A program made the position numbers and the translations under genes. From NCBI GenBank assembly GCA_963752475.1, contig CAVVYR010000003.1:1-19655 (forward strand): DNA of 19,655 nucleotides, read 5' to 3'. The notes beneath the pieces were generated by a model, which saw only the letters and a list, made by a program, of their open reading frames with translations, did no database searches and was not told the origin of the DNA. The DNA comes from an uncultured Chloroflexia bacterium. Lineage in GTDB: Bacteria; Chloroflexota; Limnocylindria; Limnocylindrales; CSP1-4. Of this stretch, positions 1-9,261 are shown in pieces. Each line of letters begins with the position of its first letter. The stretch's first letter is position 1.

Positions 1-2054
1 GTGATGGACGTGCCGTTTGTTGGTCGGCGCAGCCGCACCTGGAACCACTCGTTGGGCTCAGGTCGGCTGTCGCCGCAGATGGTGACGTTGAACGGGATAT
101 TGGCGCTCCCCCACCAGTTCGGTGTCGTCACGCTTGTCCAACCGCGGCTGACGTAGTCGACGCCAGCAGTGCTGCAACTGCTGCCCGCCGTTGCCGTTCC
201 GATGGCTACCGTCCGCACCTGTACGCTGGCGTAGCCCAAACCGAAGATGCCTCCCGTTCGAGCGAAGCGGACGTTGAAGGCGAGAGGGCTGTTCGTGCCG
301 GTGCCTTCAGGGTCCTTCGTCGCGTCGCTCACCGACCAGCCGCCAAGTGCTGCAGGCTCGACGGTCGCGTCTCCGTCCGCCTGCGGCGCGACGGCGAGTA
401 GCTCGGCCAGACACTCATCACTCGTGGGGTCAGCTTCACAGGCTTGGGAGACGGGCACGCCGTCAGCCTCGACTCCCTCGGGCTGCGTGATCCCCTCGCC
501 TTCCTCGGCTCCCGATCCCGAGCCAGCTGGAGCATCGCCCTGATCGTCTGTGCCGCCGTCTTCCGTGGCCAATTCCTCGGTCATCGGAGCCCCTTCCGTG
601 GCGGGCTCTTGACCTTCAGCGTCTTCGACAGGTACCGCAGCGTCGGGTGATCCCACCGAGTCGTCGGAAGTGGGAGGAGGTCCGTCCTCCTTCTGAGGCT
701 TCTCGGCCTTCTTCCCCTCGGCCTTGGGCTCGTCCTTCTCGGGCTTCGCCGCCGCGGCGGGCTGAATCCTCAGATCGACCTTGGCGCTGAGCTCGTTGGT
801 CACAGCGATGACCTCGGTCGCCTCGATGGCGGCGACTGCGGACAGCTTGGTCTTCTCACCCTTCTGCTTGCTGAATGAACCGACGTCGGGATCGCTGAGA
901 GACCACCTCGCGTTCTTCCTGTAGTCGCAGGCACTGTCAGTCGCTGGGTCCCAGCCTTGACCGCGCGGCGAGTCATCCTTGACGCAGACGTATGCGGCGA
1001 CTGCCTGGACGTCGCCCACGGTAAGGACAAGCTCCGTCGGGAGGATCACGAGGACCCTCTCGGCCTTGGGCTCGTCCTTCTTGGGTCTCGTCCTTCTTGG
1101 GCTCCTCGGCCTGGGCTCCTCGGCCTTGGGCTCCTCGGCCTTGGGCTCGTCCTTCTTGGGCTCCTCGGCCGGCTTCTCCTCGGCCTTGGGCTCGTCCTTC
1201 TTGGGCTCCTCGGCCTTCTCCTCGGCCTTGGGCTCGTCCTTCTTGGGCTCGTCGGCCTTCTTCTCCTCGGCCTTCTCTTGGCTCCTCGGCCTTCTTCTCC
1301 TCGGCCTTGGGCTCGTCCTTCTTGGGCTCCTCGGCCTTGGGCTCCTCGGCCTTGGGCTCGTCCTTCTTGGGCGCCTCGGCCTTCTTCTCCTCGGCCTTGG
1401 GCGCCTCGTCCTTCTTAGGCTCCTCGGCCTTGGTCTCGTCGTCCTTGGGCTCGTCCTCCTTGGGCGCCTCGGCCTTCTTCTCCTCGGTCTTGGGCTCGTC
1501 CTTCTTGGGCTCCTCGGCCTTCTTCTCCTCGGCCTTGGGCTCGTCCTTCTTGGGCTCCTCGGCCTTTTCTCCTCGGCCTTGGGCTCGTCTTCTTGGGCCT
1601 CGGCCTTCTTCTCCTCGGCCTTGGGCTCGTCCTTCTTGGGCTCCTCGGCCTTCTTCTCCTCGGCCTTGGGCTCGTCCTTCTTGGGCTCCTCGGCCTTCTT
1701 CTCCTCGGCCTTGGGCTCGTCCTTCTTGGGCTCCTCGGCCTTCTTCTCCTCGGCCTTCTTAGGCTCGTCGTTCTTGGGCGCCTCGTCCTTCTTCTTAGGC
1801 TCGTCGGCCTTGGGCGCCTCGTCCTTCTTAGGCTCGTCGGCCTTGGGCTCGTCCTTCTTGGGCTCTTCGGCCGCCTGAGGATCCGGTTGCGGCTGCTGGT
1901 CAGCCTGAGCCTCGGAGGCAGGGGGAGGCTCTGGTTCGCCGTCCTGGGCGATCACTGAGGCAGGGGCGAGTAGGACTGTCGATAGCAGCACGACCGCTTG
2001 AAGCACTGCAAGCATGGTGAGATAAGGCGTACGCATGGGGCCCGACGACTGCAT
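1..2054 (-). CDS. Large secreted surface/adhesin-like protein (3'-truncated by window edge): signal peptide, K/E/D/P/A repeat stalk, Ig-like (Big_2-like) domain, acidic linker, Calx-beta domain
   Basis: Manual translation of the minus frame from ATG 2054 (alternative ATG 2036) has no stop before position 1 (684 codons), which probably explains its absence from the ORF track. N-terminus MQSSGPMRTPYLTMLAVLQAVVLLSTVLLAPASVIA|QDGE is a Sec-like signal. 1058-759 reads VILPTELVLTVGDVQAVAAYVC...ARWSLSDPDVGSF...SAKVDLRIQP (Big_2-like pattern). 338-1 reads WSVSDAT...GTATAGSSCSTAGVDYVS...FNVTICGDSRPEPNEWFQVRLRRPTNG (Calx-beta pattern GTATAG..DY / V.I.GD...E.NE.F.V.L). Confidence 0.88.
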   Translation of the reverse strand, partial: MQSSGPMRTPYLTMLAVLQAVVLLSTVLLAPASVIAQDGEPEPPPASEAQADQQPQPDPQAAEEPKKDEPKADEPKKDEAPKADEPKKKDEAPKNDEPKKAEEKKAEEPKKDEPKAEEKKAEEPKKDEPKAEEKKAEEPKKDEPKAEEKKAEAQEDEPKAEEKRPRSPRRTSPRPRRRRPRSPRRTSPRPRRRRPRRPRRTSPRTTRPRPRSLRRTRRPRPRRRRPRRPRRTSPRPRSPRPRSPRRTSPRPRRRRPRSQEKAEEKKADEPKKDEPKAEEKAEEPKKDEPKAEEKPAEEPKKDEPKAEEPKAEEPRPRSPRRTRPKKDEPKAERVLVILPTELVLTVGDVQAVAAYVCVKDDSPRGQGWDPATDSACDYRKNARWSLSDPDVGSFSKQKGEKTKLSAVAAIEATEVIAVTNELSAKVDLRIQPAAAAKPEKDEPKAEGKKAEKPQKEDGPPPTSDDSVGSPDAAVPVEDAEGQEPATEGAPMTEELATEDGGTDDQGDAPAGSGSGAEEGEGITQPEGVEADGVPVSQACEADPTSDECLAELLAVAPQADGDATVEPAALGGWSVSDATKDPEGTGTNSPLAFNVRFARTGGIFGLGYASVQVRTVAIGTATAGSSCSTAGVDYVSRGWTSVTTPNWWGSANIPFNVTICGDSRPEPNEWFQVRLRRPTNGTSI
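1059..1871 (-). repeat. Intragenic tandem repeat of 15-nt subunits encoding AEEPK / KDEPK / AEEKK, with a 45-nt higher-order unit
   Basis: Perfect 45-nt unit ttcttctcctcggccttgggctcgtccttcttgggctcctcggcc at 1606-1650, 1651-1695 and 1696-1740, with degenerate copies across 1059-1871. The plus strand is almost devoid of A. A short echo (KPEKDEPKAEGKKAEK) lies at ~700-745. Confidence 0.97.
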
Positions 2055-2056
2055 AG

Positions 2057-2157
2057 CTCCCTTTCGCCGCCCGGGGACGAGGAGGTGCCCCCCGGCGCCA
2101 TCACTGTTCGGCGCGGCTCTGTCGACGAACAGGGCAGGCGCCAATCAGCGAATGATA
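2057..2157 (-). promoter_or_regulatory. Putative -10 box (TATCAT, 2157-2152) and structured 5' leader with SD (AGGGAG, 2062-2057) of the surface-protein gene
   Basis: Minus strand TATCAT, then hairpin GGCGCC/CTGTTCG...CGAACAG/GGCGCC (2142-2094), second hairpin CCGGGG...CCCCGG (2095-2071), then AAAGGGAG before ATG. Confidence 0.45.
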
Positions 2158-2235
2158 GTCCCCGAGCGGACCGGTCTGCCTAGTCCTGTCGCACTATCGA
2201 GAGCACGGGCCATCCGTACGCCCACCCGGCCGGGA

Positions 2236-3870
2236 TCAGCTCAGCGCGTCGGCGACGATGGCCTGGGCTTCGGTGATGATGCGCTCGAGATGGGCCTCGT
2301 CGACGAAGGACTCGGCGTAGAGCTTGGTCACGTTCTCCGTGCCTGATGGTCGCGCCGCGAACCAGCCCTGCTCGGTCACCACCTTGAGACCGCCGATCGC
2401 AGCGCCGTTGCCGGGGGCCTCGGTCAGCTTGGCCGTGATGGGTTCGCCAGCCAGCTCGGTGGCCGCGACCGCCTCTGGCGAGAGCCGGCCCAGGGCCGCC
2501 TTCTGCTCGGGCGTGGCAGGCGCATCGATGCGCTTGTACACCGGCGCCCCGAACTCCTCGGTAAGCCCAGCGTAGATGGCGCCGGGATCGCGACCGGTCC
2601 TGGCCGTCATCTCGGCCGCCAGCAGGCAGGCGATGATGCCGTCCTTGTCGGTCGACCAGGGCGAGCCGTCGAAGCGCAGGAAGGACATGCCCGCGCTCTC
2701 CTCGCCGCCGAACGCGACCGAACCATCGAGCAACCCGTCCACGAACCACTTGAAGCCGACCGGGACCTCGTAGAGTCGGCGCCCGAGAGAGGCCGCGACA
2801 CGGTCCTGCATGCTCGAGGACACGAGCGTCTTGCCGATGGCGGCGTCGGTGCCCCACGCTCGCGCCCCACCAAAGAGGTACGAGGCCGCGGCTGCGAGAT
2901 AGTGGTTGGGGTTGAGCAACCCGACGGACGGCGTGACCACGCCGAAGCGATCGGCGTCGGCATCGTTGCCCAGGGCCAGGTCGTAGTCGGCCCGCATCTC
3001 CACCAGCCGCGCCATGGCGTAGGGCGACGATGGATCCATGCGGATCTTGCCGTCCCAGTCGCGGGTCATGAAACCGAAAGCCGGGTCGACGGTGTCGTTG
3101 GTGATGGTCAGGTCGAGCTGGTAGAGCTCGGCGATGGCGCCCCACCAGGCCACTGCCGCGCCACCCAGCGGATCGACGCCGACGCGCAGGCCGGAGGTGG
3201 CGATGGCAGCAAGGTCGATGACCTCACCAAGGCTGGCGATGTAGACACCCTGATAGTCGTACCGTGCGGCAGCTGATCGCGCGCGTGGCGCCGGCGCGCG
3301 CGCGACACCCTTCACGTCGCCTGCGAGCAGCTCGTTGGCCGCGTCCTGGATGGCCTTGGTCATCGACGCGTCGGCCGGGCCGCCGCTCGGCGGGTTGTAC
3401 TTGAAGCCGCCATCGGCCGGGGGGTTGTGCGAGGGCGTGACCACGATGCCATCGGCCTGGACGTCCGGGTGCTCCCGGTTCCAGGTGAGGATGGCGTGCG
3501 AGATCCCCGGGGTCGGCGTGAAGCCGTCGGCGGTATCGATGCGCACGTCGACACCGGCCGCCACCAGCACCTCCAGCGCGGTCAGGAAGGCCGGCTCGCT
3601 CAGCGCATGCGTGTCACGACCCATGAACAGCGGGCCCTCGATACCCTGCTCACGGCGGAAGTCCACGATGGCCGCCGTCGTGGCCACGATGTGGCTCTCG
3701 TTGAAGGCGGTGTCCAGCGATGATCCACGGTGGCCGGACGTGCCGAAGGCCACTCGCTGGGACGGCTCGGACGGATCAGGCACGCCGGAGTAGTAGGCAT
3801 CCTCGAGCGCCTGCAAATCGACGAGGATCGAGGGGTCGGCGGGCTTTCCCGCGAATTCGCTCGTGGCCAC
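2236..3870 (-). CDS. pgm: Phosphoglucomutase (alpha-D-glucose-1,6-bisphosphate-dependent), 544 aa
   Basis: Motifs FGTSGHRG, phosphoserine loop TPSHNP, metal loop NDADADR, GGEESAG, AARPSGTE. GTG 3870 is preceded by GGAGG at 5 nt spacing. The N-terminal 600 aa of the 1146-aa track ORF is mostly antisense shadow of the ABC genes. Confidence 0.97.
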   Translation of the reverse strand: MATSEFAGKPADPSILVDLQALEDAYYSGVPDPSEPSQRVAFGTSGHRGSSLDTAFNESHIVATTAAIVDFRREQGIEGPLFMGRDTHALSEPAFLTALEVLVAAGVDVRIDTADGFTPTPGISHAILTWNREHPDVQADGIVVTPSHNPPADGGFKYNPPSGGPADASMTKAIQDAANELLAGDVKGVARAPAPRARSAAARYDYQGVYIASLGEVIDLAAIATSGLRVGVDPLGGAAVAWWGAIAELYQLDLTITNDTVDPAFGFMTRDWDGKIRMDPSSPYAMARLVEMRADYDLALGNDADADRFGVVTPSVGLLNPNHYLAAAASYLFGGARAWGTDAAIGKTLVSSSMQDRVAASLGRRLYEVPVGFKWFVDGLLDGSVAFGGEESAGMSFLRFDGSPWSTDKDGIIACLLAAEMTARTGRDPGAIYAGLTEEFGAPVYKRIDAPATPEQKAALGRLSPEAVAATELAGEPITAKLTEAPGNGAAIGGLKVVTEQGWFAARPSGTENVTKLYAESFVDEAHLERIITEAQAIVADALS

Positions 3871-3919
3871 GGATGCCTCCAGTCGGTGGGTCTCGGTGGT
3901 GGGATGTGCTGTGGAAGCG

Positions 3920-3930
3920 AGGGTACCGCG
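3920..3930 (-). promoter_or_regulatory. Putative -10 box TACCCT of pgm (context CGCGGTACCCT)
   Basis: TAnnnT hexamer ~50 nt upstream of the start. The identical 11-mer CGCGGTACCCT recurs upstream of the 168-aa gene (18267-18257). Confidence 0.45.
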
Positions 3931-4041
3931 ACGTCGACAGGGCGGATCAGCCGTGGGCGTCTGTCGGGCAATCGAGCCTTTGGTGCCGAATGGGTGCCCC
4001 ACTGATTCCCAATCGGCCCTGATTCGGGTTGCGCGGTGGCG

Positions 4042-4047
4042 TATCGT
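4042..4047 (+). promoter_or_regulatory. Putative -10 box TATCGT of the BMP-ABC operon
   Basis: TAnnnT hexamer ~58 nt upstream of ATG 4105, followed by a short leader hairpin (CCGGGG 4056-4061 / CCCCGG 4074-4079) and GGAGG at 4090-4094. Confidence 0.4.
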
Positions 4048-4104
4048 CGGCGTGACCGGGGCGGGAGCGTTTTCCCCGGCGCTCGTATTGGAGGGACCTA
4101 TCGG

Positions 4105-5349
4105 ATGAGCATGCAACCGTGGGCAAAGATCGCTCGGGTGACCCTGGCGGGAGCACTGCTGGCCAGCGCGATCGGCGTGAGCGGCGCCCCACTCGTCGCA
4201 GCACAGGAAGAGAACGATTGCTCGGCTATCGCCGGTGGCGTGCAGCTGCCTGAGACCGTCGAAGGCAAGTTCAACATCGGGATGGTCCTGGTCGGCCCGC
4301 ACAACGATGGCGGCTGGAGCGAGGCCCACTTCGAGGCCCTGCAGTACGTGTGCGAGAACATGGATGACGTCCATGTGGCGTACATGGAGAACGTGCTCGA
4401 GGCCGACTCTGAGCAGGTGTTCCGCAGCCTCGCCCGCAAGGGCTTCGACTACATCCTCGGTACCTCGTTCGGCTTCATGGACGGCATGGAGCTCGTGGCC
4501 GACGAGTTCCCGGACACGATGTTCCTGCACGTGTCGGGCTTCAAGTCGAATGGTGAGAACTTCGGCAACATCATGGGCGCGATGGAGGACATGAAGTACC
4601 TCTCCGGCATGCTCGCCGGTTCGCGCGCGAAGCTCGACGGCAACCTCAAGACGGGCTACATCGCGACATTCCAGATCCCGGAGGAGCTGCGGCTCGGCAA
4701 CGCCTTCCAGCTGGGCGTACTGGAGACGTGTCCCGAGTGCACCATGGACGTGCGCTTCATCAACACTTGGCACGATCCCACGCTCGAGCGCGAAGCCGCC
4801 GCCTCGCTCTTCGACTCGGGCGCCCAAGTGGTCTTCACCGGAGCCGATACGCCCGCACCCGCGACAGTGGCCGAGGAGCTCGGTGACAAGTGGGGCATCA
4901 CGTACGACCTCTCGACCTCCTGCACCAGTCCGGCCTGTCTGACGGCACCGTACTGGCTCTGGGGTCCCGAGTACGTTCGCATCGGTGAGGAGATCCGCGC
5001 GGGCACGTACGTGCCAGGCTCGGAGTACTTCGATGCCGACTCGGGCTCGCTGGGCCTCTATGGCTTCATGGAGGGCGAAGAGCCGCAGCCCGGCATCGCC
5101 GACCTTCCGGAAGAGGACGTCCAACTGGTGCGGGACACTCTCGCCGCCATGCTGGCCGGTGAGTTCGACCGTTTCGATGTCTTCGCCGGTCCGATCACCG
5201 ACAACGCGGGTAACGAAGTCCTCGCCGAGGGCGAGAAGCTCGCTCAGGAGGACCTCGACATGTTCCCCCACCTTGCGGGTGCGAGCTGCGAGACCTGCAT
5301 GTACTGGTGGGCTGAGGGCATCAACGCCGCCCTCCCGGACAAGGAGTAG
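4105..5349 (+). CDS. BMP (PnrA/Med-like) family ABC transporter substrate-binding protein, probably nucleoside/purine-type
   Basis: Motifs VGPHNDGGWSEAH, ILGTSFGFMD, FLHVSGFK, YLSGMLAG, IPEELRLGNAF.LG, NTWHDP..E..AA..L...GA.V. GGAGG upstream of ATG 4105. N-terminal signal peptide ending VAA|QEE. Confidence 0.93.
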   Translation: MSMQPWAKIARVTLAGALLASAIGVSGAPLVAAQEENDCSAIAGGVQLPETVEGKFNIGMVLVGPHNDGGWSEAHFEALQYVCENMDDVHVAYMENVLEADSEQVFRSLARKGFDYILGTSFGFMDGMELVADEFPDTMFLHVSGFKSNGENFGNIMGAMEDMKYLSGMLAGSRAKLDGNLKTGYIATFQIPEELRLGNAFQLGVLETCPECTMDVRFINTWHDPTLEREAAASLFDSGAQVVFTGADTPAPATVAEELGDKWGITYDLSTSCTSPACLTAPYWLWGPEYVRIGEEIRAGTYVPGSEYFDADSGSLGLYGFMEGEEPQPGIADLPEEDVQLVRDTLAAMLAGEFDRFDVFAGPITDNAGNEVLAEGEKLAQEDLDMFPHLAGASCETCMYWWAEGINAALPDKE

Positions 5350-5362
5350 GCCAGACACCATC

Positions 5363-5395
5363 CGACCTCGGGCCCCGATCAGGGGCTCGAGGTCG
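5363..5395 (+). promoter_or_regulatory. Strong intercistronic hairpin between the binding-protein and ATPase genes
   Basis: CGACCTCGGGCCCC-GATCA-GGGGCTCGAGGTCG: 14-bp stem (one G-U), 5-nt loop, no U tract. Confidence 0.75.
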
Positions 5396-5397
5396 AC

Positions 5398-6944
<1,547 letters not shown>

Positions 6945-6948
<4 letters not shown>

Positions 6949-8057
6949 GCGCGACGACACCCGGCACGCGCCGCCTGTCTCCCTTCAGCCTCCATCTTGA
7001 GCGGCGGCTCGAGACCCCTCGCGGGCTGGGCGTGCTCACGACCATCGGCGCCGTCGTCGTCGCACTTGTCATCTCGGCGGGCATCATCTGGCTCGTGGGT
7101 GGCAACCCGATCGATGTCTATGCCCACATCGTGCGATCGTCTCTCGGCAGCATCGGTGTCCTCAACGACACGCTGGTCAAGGCTACGCCGCTGATCTTCA
7201 CCGGACTGGCCTGCTCGGTGGCCTTCCGGATGCGCCTGTGGAACATCGGCGCCGAGGGGCAACTGATGATGGGCGCTTGGGCCGCCAGCGCCGTCGTGCT
7301 CGTGGGCGTGTTCCCCGATGGCACGGCCAGCTTCATCTACCTACCGCTGATGATGGTCGCCGGACTCGCCATCGGCGCGCTGTGGGCCGGGCTCGCCGGC
7401 TGGCTGCGGGCACGGTTCAACGTCAATGAGATCATCACCACGCTGATGCTCGTCTACATCTCGCAGGAGTGGGTGAAGTTCTGGGTCTTCGGCCCCTGGA
7501 GCGAAGGAGGGTTCCAGCAATCGCCGCGCTTCCCCCGTGAGGCCTGGATGCCCCGTCTGACCGACCACAGTGACATCGTGTCCGACTTCGCGGGCATGAC
7601 CATTCATCTCGGGTTCGTCGTGGCCGTCGTCGCCGCCGGTCTCGTGTGGCTCTTCCTCAACCGTACGCGCAAGGGCTATGAGATCCGCCTGCTCGGTGAC
7701 AATCCACGCGCGGCCCGCTATGCCGGCATCGATGTGGGCCGCACCATCATCCTCGTCATGCTCATCTCCGGTGCCCTGGCCGGTATGGCGGGTGCCTCCG
7801 AGGTGAGCGGTGTGGTGCACCGGTTGACCGATGGGTTCTCCCCGGGATACGGGTTCACCGGGATCATCGTGGCCTTCCTGGCGCGCTTCAACCCGCTCGG
7901 GGTGGTGGTCGCCGGCATCGCCTTCGGAGCCCTGATCCTGGCTGGTCGTGAGGTCCAGCCTGCCGGCATCCCGGCCATGGTCCAGGGCGTGATCCTCTTC
8001 TGCGTCATCGCCAGCGACGTCTTCCTGCGCTACCACGTCAGACTGGTGCGACGGTGA
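6945..8057 (+). CDS. ABC transporter permease (nucleoside-type, BPD_transp_2)
   Basis: Hydrophobic; motifs TPLIFTGLA, WNIGAEGQ, VNEIITTLML, G.NP.AARYAGI, GYGFTGIIVA. ATGA overlap with the ATPase stop. Confidence 0.95.
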
Positions 8058-9016
8058 ACCTCGAGCTTGCCCTCGCAGCCGGCGTCGCCTCGGGTACCGT
8101 GCTGCTCTTCGCCGCAATCGGCGAGCTCTTCACCGAGCGCTCCGGGATCCTCAACCTGGGCGTGCAGGGGATGATGTTCGTGGGTGCGCTGGCGGGTTTC
8201 CGCATCGGCACGGAGATCGACCCGTGGCTGGGCATCCTCGCGGCCATGGCGATCGGCGCGGTGTTCGCCGGGCTCCATGGCTTCGTCACAATCCATCTGC
8301 AGGCGAACCAGATCGTCTCCGGCTTGGCCCTGACGTTCCTGGGGACCGGAGTCGCGTTAGTCCTAGGCGACGGCTTGTCGACCAGTAGCCCGGCTCTCCT
8401 ACCCGTCATCACGGTCCCCCTGCTGGCGGAGATCCCCTTCATCGGCCGGATCTTCTTCACCGGACACTCGATCCTGGTCTACGTTGGCTACCTGCTCGTG
8501 CCGGTCACCTACATCTGGATCTTCCGCACCCGAGCTGGTCTGCACTTGCGAGCGGTGGGCGAGCAGCCCAGCGCGGCCGACGCGCTCGGCGTCAACGTCT
8601 ACCGCCAGCGCTACTTCTACACCATGCTCGGCGGTGCGCTGGCCGGGCTCGCCGGTGCGACCATCACCATGGCTCTCGTTCCCGGATGGCACGCCGACAA
8701 GACGGTCATCGCTCAGGGCTGGATCGCGGTCGCGCTCGTCATCTTCGGTCAGTGGAAGCCGGGACGGACGATGTTCGGCGCCTACATGGTCGCTTTCATC
8801 TTCCGGCTCGCGCTCGACCTCCAGGGACCGACCGACTTCTTTGGCATCCCCAACATCTTCTACGAGTACCAGCCCGCGACGTTCTTCCTGGGCATGCTGC
8901 CGTGGGCCGTGGTCATCCTCGTCTTGGTCATCGCCGCGCGCGAGGCCAACCGCAAGCGCATCGGTGCGCCGGCCGCGCTGGGTACGCCCTACGTCAGGGG
9001 CGAACGCGGCCACTGA
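8054..9016 (+). CDS. ABC transporter permease (second subunit)
   Basis: Motifs GELFTERSGILNLGVQG, ANQIVSGLAL, LRAVGE.P.AADALGVNV, GWIAVALVIFGQWKP, PAALGTPY.R. GTGA overlap with the previous stop. Confidence 0.95.
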   Translation: MNLELALAAGVASGTVLLFAAIGELFTERSGILNLGVQGMMFVGALAGFRIGTEIDPWLGILAAMAIGAVFAGLHGFVTIHLQANQIVSGLALTFLGTGVALVLGDGLSTSSPALLPVITVPLLAEIPFIGRIFFTGHSILVYVGYLLVPVTYIWIFRTRAGLHLRAVGEQPSAADALGVNVYRQRYFYTMLGGALAGLAGATITMALVPGWHADKTVIAQGWIAVALVIFGQWKPGRTMFGAYMVAFIFRLALDLQGPTDFFGIPNIFYEYQPATFFLGMLPWAVVILVLVIAAREANRKRIGAPAALGTPYVRGERGH

Positions 9017-9117
9017 GCCAGCCGCCATCTGTTCCGCCCAACCCTGATGCACGGCCAGGCCGCCGGGCTATGCCACCCACGACTACATCGACCAGTCAGG
9101 TGTCCCAGATGGGCGGT

Positions 9118-9241
9118 CCTATGCCTCTGGTGACTCACTTCGACCCATCGGCGACATCCTCATGCCCTCCCTGACTGGGACCGCTACTCCCAGATCCGTG
9201 AGGCCACGCAGCTTGGTCGTGTCAGTCGCCCACGGCATAGG
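9118..9241 (+). ncRNA. Candidate structured RNA: long irregular hairpin with a central bubble (6S RNA-like)
   Basis: Five nested stems: 9118-9125/9234-9241, 9129-9135/9224-9230, 9141-9145/9215-9219, 9158-9164/9197-9203, 9175-9180/9188-9193, with a 12/11-nt central bubble. Two G-U pairs form only on the + strand. It lies in a 245-nt gap between convergent operons. Confidence 0.4.
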
Positions 9242-9261
9242 TGCGTGGCGCAATCCTCGCC

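Noticed and set aside
1059-1871. Repeat array as CRISPR or VNTR-type mobile element
   Set aside because: No unique spacers, units are multiples of 3 inside a coding frame, and no cas genes are present.
957-1958. Plus-strand ORFs encoding LLGLG / SSALG / WAPRP repeats (look like membrane or low-complexity proteins)
   Set aside because: Antisense shadows of the K/E/D/P repeat. The A-poor plus strand rarely forms stop codons, and the minus frame has a signal peptide and real domains.
9119-9238. Small minus ORF MPWATDTTKLRGL... downstream of aroF
   Set aside because: No convincing SD or coding bias; it coincides with the hairpin, which explains the region better. Not fully excluded.
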